Positions 27,275 to 35,900 of a DNA stretch of 64,000 nucleotides are shown here, piece after piece. The position numbers and the translations under genes were made by a program. This DNA is from an uncultured archaeon. GTDB taxonomy: Archaea > Thermoproteota > Nitrososphaeria > Nitrososphaerales > Gagatemarchaeaceae. The notes beneath the pieces were generated by a model that saw only the letters and a list, made by a program, of their open reading frames with translations, had not been told where the DNA came from and made no database searches. Every line of letters begins with the position of its first letter. Position 1 is the stretch's first letter. The stretch covers positions 800,001 through 864,000 of the forward strand of contig CAWFOU010000001.1 in NCBI GenBank assembly GCA_963817525.1, in the 5' to 3' direction.

Positions 27275-28066
27275 TCAGAAGACGGAGCTCAAGTAGCCGC
27301 CGTCGATCGTGAACATCGCCCCGTTCAGGTAGGCCCCCTTCTCGCTCGCGATGAAGGCGGCCAGGGCGCCGACCTCCTCAGGCTCTCCATACCTCCCGAG
27401 GGGGATGCCCTTGACCATCTCTCTGAGGGCCTCCTCGACCGTGGTCCCCGTCTTGGCGGCCCGATCCTCCACGAGGTGGAGGGTCCGGTCGGTCCTCACG
27501 TATCCCTGGATTATGCCGTTGGAGGTGATCCCAAGGGGGGCGAACTCCCTCGAGAGCGACTTTGAGAGCCCGGCGATCCCCAGCCTCACCGTATTCGAGA
27601 GGACGAGGTTCGCTATGGGCTGCTTCAGCGTCAAAGACGTGATGTAGATGAGCCGCCCCCACTTTTTGGCTGTCATGTAAGGGATTACCGCCTGGGTGAG
27701 CGTCACCGCGCTCAGGAGCAGGAGCTTGGTGGCCTCCTCCCAGTCCGCGTAGGTAAGCTCAGCGAAGGTCCCGGGCTTCGGCGGGCCTGTGTTGTACACG
27801 AGGACGTCCACGCCCCCGAACCTCCTCGAGGCCTCGTCCACCAGGCGCACCAGGTCTGCCCGGACGGTCATGTCGGCAGGGATGGCGAGCACCTCGGCCC
27901 CGGTCTCCCGGACCAGGCTCTCGCTGGCCTTCTCGAGGTTGGCAGGGCTCCTCGAAGAGATCACGAGCCGCATCCCTTCGCGGGCCAGGATCTTCGCAGT
28001 GCCCAGCCCTATCCCCTTGCTGGCCGCGGTGACCAGCGCGACCTTCCCTTCGAGGCCTAGGTCCAC
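27275..28066 (-). CDS. SDR oxidoreductase
   Basis: VTAASKGIG, NTGPPKPG, LSNTVR, IPLGRYGEPEE. Confidence 0.92.
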   Translation of the reverse strand: MDLGLEGKVALVTAASKGIGLGTAKILAREGMRLVISSRSPANLEKASESLVRETGAEVLAIPADMTVRADLVRLVDEASRRFGGVDVLVYNTGPPKPGTFAELTYADWEEATKLLLLSAVTLTQAVIPYMTAKKWGRLIYITSLTLKQPIANLVLSNTVRLGIAGLSKSLSREFAPLGITSNGIIQGYVRTDRTLHLVEDRAAKTGTTVEEALREMVKGIPLGRYGEPEEVGALAAFIASEKGAYLNGAMFTIDGGYLSSVF

Positions 28067-28070
28067 TGGC

Positions 28071-29168
28071 TCAGTCCTCGCGCCATTTGAAGAACCTCAC
28101 AGCGAGGGCGAAGATGACCGCGGAGAGCACCACCAAGACCCCCACGTCCACCAGCGCGGCCGAATAGTTGCTGTAGAGCATCACATTGTTGAGGCCGTCG
28201 ATGACGTAGAATAGTGGTAGGACGTGCGCGACGGTCTGAAGGTAGTTCGGCATGGACGAGACCGGGAAGAACGTCCCCGACAGGAACATCATCGGGAAGG
28301 TGATCAGGTTGCCCACGACGGCTGCGGATTCGACGCTCTTTGAGACCGTCCCGACCAGCATCCCCAGCGAGACGAAGAGGAATGGCCCGAGGACAAGGAA
28401 GGGGATTATCCCCAGAGTGTAAGTGATGTGGGCCCCGAAGAAGAGCGTCCCGGCAGTGGTCATCAGGAAGAAGGAGACGAACGTGAGGAGGATGTACCAG
28501 GTGATCTTGGAGATGAGCCATTCCGTCTTGGTGAGCGGAGTGAGCGAGAGCTGCTTGAAGATCTTGTCCCTCTTGTACTGGGAGCTGATATTCACAAGCG
28601 CGAACATCGGGCTCGTGAGCACAGAGAAGCCGATGAGACCGGGCACGAGGTAGTCGATGTACTTGAAGCTCTTCGACGCGACCGAGACTTGCGTTGTGCC
28701 CACTATCGCGCTGGCGCCCGCCGCCTTCAGGTTGAACTCGCTGACGACCGCTTGGGTGACACCCACCACTGCCCCGAAGACGCTCGAGGTGGGATTGCCA
28801 AAGATTGTGACGTCCACCGGCGTTTTGTTCGCTAGGGCCGCCTCAAACCCAGAGGGGATCTGGATCCCGGTGGTGCCTGAGTGTGCAGCGAGGTATTGCG
28901 TGAAGTTGCTCCCAGGAGTGACAAGAGTGATTGACATTGCGTTGGTCGAGTTGAGCGCGGTGATGAATCCCAGACTCGCGGTGGAGTTGTCGTCGTTGTT
29001 CTGGACGAAGACCGGCACGGTGCTCGAGCCGGTGTTCGAGAAGATCGCCCCGAAGAGGAGTATGAGGATGATGGGGAAGATGAGCGAGAAGAAGAGCCCA
29101 ATCCGCGCCCTGACGTAGCCGCGCCCGAACACGGTCAGGTCAGCCCTGATACGCCTGAAGCTGACCAA
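28071..29168 (-). CDS. ABC-2 exporter permease
   Basis: YIDYLVPGLIG, PMMFLSGTFFP. Confidence 0.9.
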   Translation of the reverse strand: MVSFRRIRADLTVFGRGYVRARIGLFFSLIFPIILILLFGAIFSNTGSSTVPVFVQNNDDNSTASLGFITALNSTNAMSITLVTPGSNFTQYLAAHSGTTGIQIPSGFEAALANKTPVDVTIFGNPTSSVFGAVVGVTQAVVSEFNLKAAGASAIVGTTQVSVASKSFKYIDYLVPGLIGFSVLTSPMFALVNISSQYKRDKIFKQLSLTPLTKTEWLISKITWYILLTFVSFFLMTTAGTLFFGAHITYTLGIIPFLVLGPFLFVSLGMLVGTVSKSVESAAVVGNLITFPMMFLSGTFFPVSSMPNYLQTVAHVLPLFYVIDGLNNVMLYSNYSAALVDVGVLVVLSAVIFALAVRFFKWRED

Positions 29169-29169
29169 G

Positions 29170-29934
29170 CTAGAACCCTCTCCGAGGACGGGTCGGGGCA
29201 GCCTCCGCCCCCGTGTCCTCGCCGACGAGCTTGACGAAGACGTCCTCGAGGCTCTCGCCCGACTTTCCCGAGCCGTGCTGGGCGATTATCTCGACGGGCG
29301 TCCCTGAGGCGATTATCTTTCCGTGATCCATGATGGCCACCTCGTCCGCGAGCTCCTCGGCCTCCTCGAGGTAGTGCGTGGTGAGCAGGACGCTCCTGTC
29401 CTCGCTCTTCAGGTTGCGGATGACCTCCCAGACCGCCCTCCTGGCCTGGGGGTCGAGCCCGGTCGTAGGCTCGTCGAGGAAGACCAGCTGGGGGTCGTTC
29501 ACGAGCGAGAGCGCGAGCCCCACCTTCTGCTTCTGCCCTCCGGATAGCTTCGAGAAATATACGTCCGCCGAGTCCTCGAGGATGACACGCTTGAGGATCG
29601 CTTCAGCGTCTGCCGTGACCCCGAAGAGATCCGCGTAGTACTTGATGGCCTCCCTCGGTGTCGCGTAGTCGACGAACTTGAAGCCCTGGGGGATGACTCC
29701 GATCTTCTTGTGCAGCTCGTACCCTTGCTTCCACGGGTCGAATCCGAGGACCTTGACCTCTCCCCCGTCCCGCTCCCTTAGCCCTTCGAGTATCTCGATG
29801 GTTGTCGTCTTTCCAGCCCCGTTCGGCCCTAGGAGCGAGAAGACCTCGCCGTCGTCGACAGAGAAGGATACGCCGTTCACGGCCTGAAGGGATCCGTAGG
29901 CTTTCATGAGCGACGAGACCTCGATGTTCGCCAT
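29170..29934 (-). CDS. ABC-2 exporter ATPase
   Basis: GPNGAGKTT, LSGGQKQ, LDEPTTGLDP. Confidence 0.93.
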   Translation of the reverse strand: MANIEVSSLMKAYGSLQAVNGVSFSVDDGEVFSLLGPNGAGKTTTIEILEGLRERDGGEVKVLGFDPWKQGYELHKKIGVIPQGFKFVDYATPREAIKYYADLFGVTADAEAILKRVILEDSADVYFSKLSGGQKQKVGLALSLVNDPQLVFLDEPTTGLDPQARRAVWEVIRNLKSEDRSVLLTTHYLEEAEELADEVAIMDHGKIIASGTPVEIIAQHGSGKSGESLEDVFVKLVGEDTGAEAAPTRPRRGF

Positions 29935-30030
29935 CAGGATTGCGAATCGACGCTGACCTCTTTACTTCTTTAACCTATTGTTACCGTGCGGGCAATTCTT
30001 ATAGCGACCCGAGGAGAAACGCCGCTTCGG

Positions 30031-30402
30031 ATGCCGGCCGACTATCTTCTAGCCTACGACGCCGAATGCGGCCCCTGCTCGCGGTTCAAGGCCGTCGTGA
30101 GCTTCCTCGACGCGAAGGGGAGGCTCGAGTTCGCGTCGCTCGGGGAGGCCGACAAGGTGGGCGCGCTGGCGGCCGTTGAGCCGGCGCTGAGGTATCGCTC
30201 CTTCCACCTAGTCTCTTCGGGAAAGGGGACGCAGAGCGGCGCCGAGGCGCTTCTGCCTCTCGTCCGGGTGCTGATCCCGAGAGGCGCGGCGCTCACCCGC
30301 GGCCTCGAGAGGGTCCCAGGGTTCCGACGGACTGTCGCCTTCGGCTACGCCGCGCTGTCGAGGCTCCACGACTCTGGCTCTTGCGGCACGGGGGGGCGCT
30401 AG
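30031..30402 (+). CDS. DCC1-like thiol-disulfide oxidoreductase (DUF393)
   Basis: YDAECGPC (DxxCxxC), SFHLV, SGAEA. Confidence 0.8.
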   Translation: MPADYLLAYDAECGPCSRFKAVVSFLDAKGRLEFASLGEADKVGALAAVEPALRYRSFHLVSSGKGTQSGAEALLPLVRVLIPRGAALTRGLERVPGFRRTVAFGYAALSRLHDSGSCGTGGR

Positions 30403-30405
30403 AGA

Positions 30406-31380
30406 TTGGCTCGCACCGCAGGGCAGGAGGAGGCGGCGATGGAGTGGCTCCTGGAGGAGACGGAGCCCTCGGTCCGCTATCTCGCGCTCACGCAGCTCCT
30501 AGGGAAGACAGAGAAGGACCCCGAAGTAAAGGCCGCGAAGGCGAGCATAGGCAAGAACGAGGGCTGGGCCGCCCAGATTCTGGCGAAGCAAAAGCCCGGC
30601 GGGTGGTGGGTCCATCAGGAGAACCTCTATCGCCCCAAGTACCTCTCGACGAACTGGATGCTCCTCATCCTCTCGGACTTGGGGATGACCAAGGGCGACC
30701 CGAGGATCGGGAGGGCCGCCGAGCTGTGGAGGGACAGGTTCTCAAAGCCGGACGGCGGGTTCGGCTCTGATGGCGCGAGCAGGAGCCACCTGTGCATAGC
30801 GGGGAACACAGCGAGAGGCCTAATCAAGTTCGGTTACGCGGAGGACCCGAAGGTCAAGAGCGCGCTCGAGTGGCTCGTGAAGGAACAGTCTAGCAACGGC
30901 GGGTGGTCGTGCTACGGCTCGGGCGGGAACCTGGACTCGTGGGAGGGGATGAGCGCCTTCGCGGCCCTCCCCAAGCAGCAGTGGACGAAGGGCATCAAGA
31001 GCGCCGTCGAAAAGGGTGCCGAGTTCTACCTCCGCAAGTCGATGGACCAGCAGGGTGCGCGCTATGAGCCCTGGTATAGGTTCCACTACCCCGTCCACTA
31101 CTACTACGACCTTCTGGTCGGCCTCGACTTCATGACCGCGCTGGGGTACGGCGGCGACAAGAGGTTGGCGGGCGCGGTCGCCCTGCTGAAGGAGAAGAGG
31201 GGTCCCGACGGCAGGTGGGATCTGGACAGGGTCCACCCCGACGTGGAGGGGGCGATGTCAGAGTGGTACTCGAAGCACGTGAACCAGGCCCCGACCCCCT
31301 TCGCGCTCGAGAAGCCGGGGCGGCGGAGCAAGATGGTGACCCTACGCGCGATGACCGTGCTGCGCAGGCTCGGCGAGTGA
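30406..31380 (+). CDS. Prenyltransferase/squalene-oxidase-repeat protein of unknown function
   Basis: WLLE..EPSVRY, Q..GGWW, WL..EQ..NGGWSC, F.YP..Y.YD. Confidence 0.8.
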   Translation: MARTAGQEEAAMEWLLEETEPSVRYLALTQLLGKTEKDPEVKAAKASIGKNEGWAAQILAKQKPGGWWVHQENLYRPKYLSTNWMLLILSDLGMTKGDPRIGRAAELWRDRFSKPDGGFGSDGASRSHLCIAGNTARGLIKFGYAEDPKVKSALEWLVKEQSSNGGWSCYGSGGNLDSWEGMSAFAALPKQQWTKGIKSAVEKGAEFYLRKSMDQQGARYEPWYRFHYPVHYYYDLLVGLDFMTALGYGGDKRLAGAVALLKEKRGPDGRWDLDRVHPDVEGAMSEWYSKHVNQAPTPFALEKPGRRSKMVTLRAMTVLRRLGE

Positions 31381-31461
31381 TGGCAGGGGGGCGCGTCCGG
31401 GTCCGACGGTCGCGCGGGCCGGAACAACCTATAAATCGACTCGCTCGCGCGAGAGTTTTGA

Positions 31462-33102
31462 TTGAGGCTATCGCTCTCGAACTTCCTATGTCTGGCGATC
31501 GCCCTTCTGATCGTCATCCCCTCAGGGACGCCATCGGCGGCCGCAGGCGTGGCTCCCGGCCAGGCTGCCTCAGCAGCCTCGTTGGAGCTCGACCTCAAGC
31601 CGGCCCAGGTCCCCGAGTCCACGGTCCTCAACACGATGGTCCTCTTCGCCACGGTCACCAGCGGCGGTCAGCCCATCCCTAACGCCACCGTGGCGTTCAG
31701 CGACGCGTTCGGCTCGACCTTCACGCCCCCAACTGCCTCCGCGAACGCCTCCGGTATCGCGGTCACGGAGATGCTATTCATCGACCCCAACCCCTTCAAC
31801 GACAACATCACGGCCGTCGCGACCGACCCTGGATACAGCCCGGCGAACGCGACGGTCGTGGTCTACGTCCAGCCCCTCTCCAACCAGCAGCTGGCGGTCA
31901 CGGCAACGGTCGTGAATGACGCCGCTTCGGGAGGGAGCAGCGAGGTGATCCAGGGATACGTAGGGACGGTCTATTCCTCATCAACAAAGTGGCACGGGGT
32001 CATCACCGGACTCCCCGAGGCTGTGGTCACGATGTCGGACACGATAGGGTCGGCCTTCCCGACCACAAAGGTCACGACCAACGACGCGGGCTTTTACTCG
32101 GCGAACTTCACCCTCGCCAAGCCGTCCGCCGGCGTCCTGGACATCGTCACCGTCTCCGCGGCCGCGGCGACCTACAACGGCAGCACGTCGACGATCGAGT
32201 TGAACGTCAACCCCTACGGCCCAAAGTCTCTCACCGTCACCCTCGACACCATCCCGTCGGGGTACTCGACGCTGCTGGACTATGCGACCGTCCAGGCCCA
32301 CGTCACCGCGGCAGGGATGCCGGTCGCGGGCGTCCCGGTGGTGTTCTCAGAGAAGCTGAACGCTCTCTTCCAGCCCAGCACCGCGACCACTGACTCGTCT
32401 GGCACTGCTACGACCGTCCTGACGTTCACGGGCGAGGACGACGGCCTCGACCTGTTCACCGCCCAGGCGTCGATGAGCGGATACAGTCCAGGAGCCGGCT
32501 CGAACACCATCGTGGTCCGCCTTGAGGGGAAGGCCCAGCTCAGCGTCTCAGAGGCGCTGTCCTCGTCGAAGCCCTTCGCGGGCACTAACGACACGGTGTT
32601 CGGCGAGGTGGGTTGGGTCGGCTCTTCGACCACATACGCCTGGTCCCCGGTCCAGAACGCGCTCTCCGGCGCGACCGTGACGATATCGGACAGCCAAGGG
32701 TCGTTCGCGCCGCTGACCGTGACGACCAACGCCGCCGGATACTACACCGCCACCTTCCCGGTCCCGAGCGCGGACGGAGGGCCCGACGTCATCGAGGCCG
32801 CCGCGTCCCTCACGGGCTACCGGGGGACGTCTTCATCGCTCTTCATACTGGCGGTCGCTGGCCAAGCCTCGACGACAGATTCGGCAGCCAGCAGCACGAG
32901 CGCCTCCGGCACCGCGCAGGCGACCGGCTCCTCCCCTAATACGGCGACCGACTCCTCGTCGACTCCAACGATAAGCACGACGACGTGTTGCTCGACGGGT
33001 TCGGATTCCGTGGTGCTCGCCGTAGTGGCGCTGGTGATCGTGGCGCTCCTGATCCTCCGGGTGGCTCGTTTCGGGCAGAAGAAACGTGGACCAGCGCTGT
33101 AG
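31462..33102 (+). CDS. Surface protein with four Ig-like (Big_1-type) domains
   Basis: Repeated G.P..ATV.FS...TT...G motifs, signal peptide, Ser/Thr linker, C-terminal TM. Confidence 0.85.
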   Translation: MRLSLSNFLCLAIALLIVIPSGTPSAAAGVAPGQAASAASLELDLKPAQVPESTVLNTMVLFATVTSGGQPIPNATVAFSDAFGSTFTPPTASANASGIAVTEMLFIDPNPFNDNITAVATDPGYSPANATVVVYVQPLSNQQLAVTATVVNDAASGGSSEVIQGYVGTVYSSSTKWHGVITGLPEAVVTMSDTIGSAFPTTKVTTNDAGFYSANFTLAKPSAGVLDIVTVSAAAATYNGSTSTIELNVNPYGPKSLTVTLDTIPSGYSTLLDYATVQAHVTAAGMPVAGVPVVFSEKLNALFQPSTATTDSSGTATTVLTFTGEDDGLDLFTAQASMSGYSPGAGSNTIVVRLEGKAQLSVSEALSSSKPFAGTNDTVFGEVGWVGSSTTYAWSPVQNALSGATVTISDSQGSFAPLTVTTNAAGYYTATFPVPSADGGPDVIEAAASLTGYRGTSSSLFILAVAGQASTTDSAASSTSASGTAQATGSSPNTATDSSSTPTISTTTCCSTGSDSVVLAVVALVIVALLILRVARFGQKKRGPAL

Positions 33103-33145
33103 GGGAGGCACGGGCGCTTTCGAACGCGGCCGTAGGAGGAGCTGC

Positions 33146-33161
33146 GGCGGGCCCGGAGAGA
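33146..33161 (-). repeat. Degenerate copy of a tRNA 3' end (att-like)
   Basis: GGCGGGCCCGG is identical to 34084-34094. Confidence 0.4.
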
Positions 33162-33234
33162 CGCGCTTAGAGAATTAAGCGAATCCTATCCCAGGGCGGG
33201 TCTGATCAGATCCCGGCGACCGCGCCTGTCTTTC

Positions 33235-33648
33235 TCAGATGTCCTCCGTCTTGATTCCCAAACTCCTCGCCTCGTTCACCTGGCCTTGGTCTTTTGAAAG
33301 CAGGCTCGCACTCATCCTCTTCGCGAGAGAGAGATAAAGCGAGTCGTAAATCGCCATTGTCGTGCTCTCGCTCATTTCAAACGCGCTAGAGATCAGTTCG
33401 TCGTCTTGAGGAATCATTGTGATGTTATCCTTTGAAAGCTCGAGCATGCTCGAGAGAGCGAGCTTGACGGCGCTTTCCTTGGTCACTCCTCTTCTTTTCG
33501 AGATAAGGATTGCATTGGCCGACTCGGCTCTTATCAGGTCGACGCTGATGACGCCTTGCTTAAAATGCGCCTTGAGCCTCTGCCTATCTAGGCCATCCTC
33601 ATTGAGGCAGAATGCTACAAGAGCAGAAGCATCAATGACCGCTGTCAC
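33235..33648 (-). CDS. vapC: VapC PIN-domain toxin
   Basis: VIDASAL, E..NAI, IYDSLYLSLA, LLSKD. Confidence 0.9.
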   Translation of the reverse strand: MTAVIDASALVAFCLNEDGLDRQRLKAHFKQGVISVDLIRAESANAILISKRRGVTKESAVKLALSSMLELSKDNITMIPQDDELISSAFEMSESTTMAIYDSLYLSLAKRMSASLLSKDQGQVNEARSLGIKTEDI

Positions 33649-33862
33649 GATCTTCTCGCACTAACTTTGATGCGGTCCCACGCCTCACCCTGGGTTGGTC
33701 CCTAAGCATTCTCTCGACTCGCTCCAGAGTATCCTCTCTCCTTGCCTGGTCGAGCCTTGCTTCTATGAACGCTCTGATTTCGGAAGGCCACTCGACCTTG
33801 GCTTTGAATTCCTCCATCTCTCTTTTCGTCTTGTCTGGAACTTTCACGCTTACAACTGACAT
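33632..33862 (-). CDS. vapB: RHH antitoxin (VapB-type)
   Basis: MSVVSVKVP..K..M...VEWPSEIR.FI...VREDRD; overlaps vapC. Confidence 0.85.
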   Translation of the reverse strand: MSVVSVKVPDKTKREMEEFKAKVEWPSEIRAFIEARLDQARREDTLERVERMLRDQPRVRRGTASKLVREDRDSGH

Positions 33863-34082
33863 GTCACGTACCCCCTCGGTTTACCACGGGGTCTACTTTC
33901 TGATAAACCTTCTGCCCACATTGACCACCGAAGCACAGACCGGACTTTGACGCGGTTAGGCATGCGAACCGGCGACCACACAGTTCGAATTCACGGAACT
34001 GCGATTCTCAGGATTTGGTTAATAATTTGAACGGGTTCAGGCCAGAATCCGAATCTCCGCAAACTGGGTGGAGCGTGAAAAA

Positions 34083-34180
34083 TGGCGGGCCCGGCCGGAT
34101 TTGAACCGGCGACCTCCAGCTTCGCAGGCTTACGAACCAATCTCGGTTTGACGCCCTGATCCGTACTAGGCTACGGGCCC
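34083..34180 (-). tRNA. tRNA-Arg(GCG) with a 19-nt intron (34130-34148) at position 29/30; CCA encoded
   Basis: GGGCCCG/CGGGCCC acceptor stem, GCCGG-TTCAAAT-CCGGC T arm; removing the intron gives TCAGC-CTGCGAA-GCTGG. Confidence 0.9.
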
Positions 34181-34206
34181 CTAACCCCGGGCGTGGGCTA
34201 GACTAG

Positions 34207-35829
34207 TTATGTCTTCCAGCGGAACTGGGCGAGTTTCTCCAGCTTCGCCGCGACCGCCTCCGGCCCTGCGTCCATCACGTAGGGGCCTAGGCGTGGGCCC
34301 CTCTCCGCCCCGATGAGGAGGCCGTAGACCGCGGGGAAGAACTCCCCGGGCTGGATGCCGTTGGACCTTATCGCGTTGAACGCGGCTCCCTGCACCTCGT
34401 CGGCTGTCTTCGCCGCGCGAATCGCGGAGGCGAACTCGGACACGGCCTTGAGCTGCTTCTCCGAGAGCTCTGGGATCTCGCTCTTAGACGCCTTCGCCCC
34501 CTCGCGCCTCGCCCACGCCGCCGCCCACCTGACCCTCGTGAGCAGCTCGGGGGGAGGGGCGTCCTTGAGCATACCGTAGGCGCCGAGGCGCCTCACTACG
34601 TAGTCCTCGATGCTCCCCTCGGGGGCCGCCTCGGAGAGCTCCGCGAGCAACCGGTAGGGGACGTGGAGGCTCGGCCTGGCGGGGACGCGGAGTAGCATCG
34701 TGTATTCGTAGAGCCCCCGCAGCCTTGCCTCCTTCATTGCGTTGGGATCCTTCTTCTCCGAGAAGTAGTGGTCCTCGAGCTCGTCGAACTCGTCCATGTA
34801 GACGGGGACGTCGTCGACTGAGATGCTCCGCGCCCCGACTATGCGCTTGAACATGAGGAGCCTCACGCTCTCTGGGGAGGCGTATGTCAGCCAGTCCTGT
34901 ATCGTGATGACGTTCCCGACCGACTTGCTCACCTTCCTCCCGCTCTTGTCCTCGAACATCTCGTACTTTGCGTGATAGGGGGGCGGGTGCGCGAGGACGT
35001 GTTCGCTTATCCAGTCGTTGATCTTCACCGAGTCCGCTATGTCCTTCCCGTACGCCTCGAAGCGGATGTCGAGCGCGGCCCACCTCGCGGCGAACTCGCT
35101 CTTCCAGATCAGCTTGCCTTCGCCCTCGGTCACCTTCCTCTCGCCCTCGTAGCCGCACCCCTTGACGATCCCGTGCCCGATCTCGGCGCTGTCGCACTTG
35201 TAGTGGACCGTCTTGGCGACCGGGTCGTATGACGAGACCGCGGTGGTGTAGAGCCTCCCGCAGTTCTGGCAGATGGGCGTGTAGGGGAGGACGGTCTGGT
35301 ACTTCTCCTGTCCCGTGAGCTCCTTGATCATGCGGCCGACAAGCTCCGCGTTGTCGAGTATCTTGGTGATCTGGGGGTTGAGCAGGCCGCTCTTGTAGAC
35401 CTCGGCGCCGCTCTTGAAGGTGTAAGGGATGTCTAGGTCGTCGAGGGCCTCCCTGAGGAGGCTCCCCATGTGCTCCCCGTACGACTTGTGGCAGCCGAAG
35501 GGGTCGGGTATCCGGGTAACCGGGTGCGCGATGTACTCCTTGAGCGAAGCGGGGAACCCCGAGGGGACTTTCCTCAGCCCGTCCAGGTCGTCCGAGTACG
35601 CTATGAGCTCTGACTTGTAGCCGAGGTTCTCGAGCGCCAGCTTGACGCCGTAGCTCCTTATGGCGTCCCCGACGCTCCCGATGTGCGGGATGCCAGAGGC
35701 GCCGAGCCCGCTCTCGACCCTGAGGAGGGCAGTGCTCCTGCCGAGCGCGTCCTCCCTCTCCAGGAGCTCGCTCGCGACCCTGTCTAGCCACGTGCCCCTC
35801 CCTATGACCTTGGCTTCCTGGGATGACAA
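34207..35829 (-). CDS. lysS: Class I lysyl-tRNA synthetase
   Basis: SGLGASGIPHIGS, DDLDGLRKVP, CQNCG, FEAYGKD, KVSKSVGN, GPRLG. Confidence 0.95.
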   Translation of the reverse strand: MSSQEAKVIGRGTWLDRVASELLEREDALGRSTALLRVESGLGASGIPHIGSVGDAIRSYGVKLALENLGYKSELIAYSDDLDGLRKVPSGFPASLKEYIAHPVTRIPDPFGCHKSYGEHMGSLLREALDDLDIPYTFKSGAEVYKSGLLNPQITKILDNAELVGRMIKELTGQEKYQTVLPYTPICQNCGRLYTTAVSSYDPVAKTVHYKCDSAEIGHGIVKGCGYEGERKVTEGEGKLIWKSEFAARWAALDIRFEAYGKDIADSVKINDWISEHVLAHPPPYHAKYEMFEDKSGRKVSKSVGNVITIQDWLTYASPESVRLLMFKRIVGARSISVDDVPVYMDEFDELEDHYFSEKKDPNAMKEARLRGLYEYTMLLRVPARPSLHVPYRLLAELSEAAPEGSIEDYVVRRLGAYGMLKDAPPPELLTRVRWAAAWARREGAKASKSEIPELSEKQLKAVSEFASAIRAAKTADEVQGAAFNAIRSNGIQPGEFFPAVYGLLIGAERGPRLGPYVMDAGPEAVAAKLEKLAQFRWKT

Positions 35830-35900
35830 TCGAGTCTACACTACTGCGTTGCGCGCCATTGGCCCACGACGGTTAAAAGATGTTCGGCCCTACTAGGCGA

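Noticed and set aside
30406-31380. Squalene-hopene cyclase
   Set aside because: About half the expected length and no DxDD motif.
33868-33896. Imperfect inverted repeat (ACCCC...GGGGT) upstream of vapB as an operator
   Set aside because: Plausible position, but arms are short and mismatched; not supportable without comparison.
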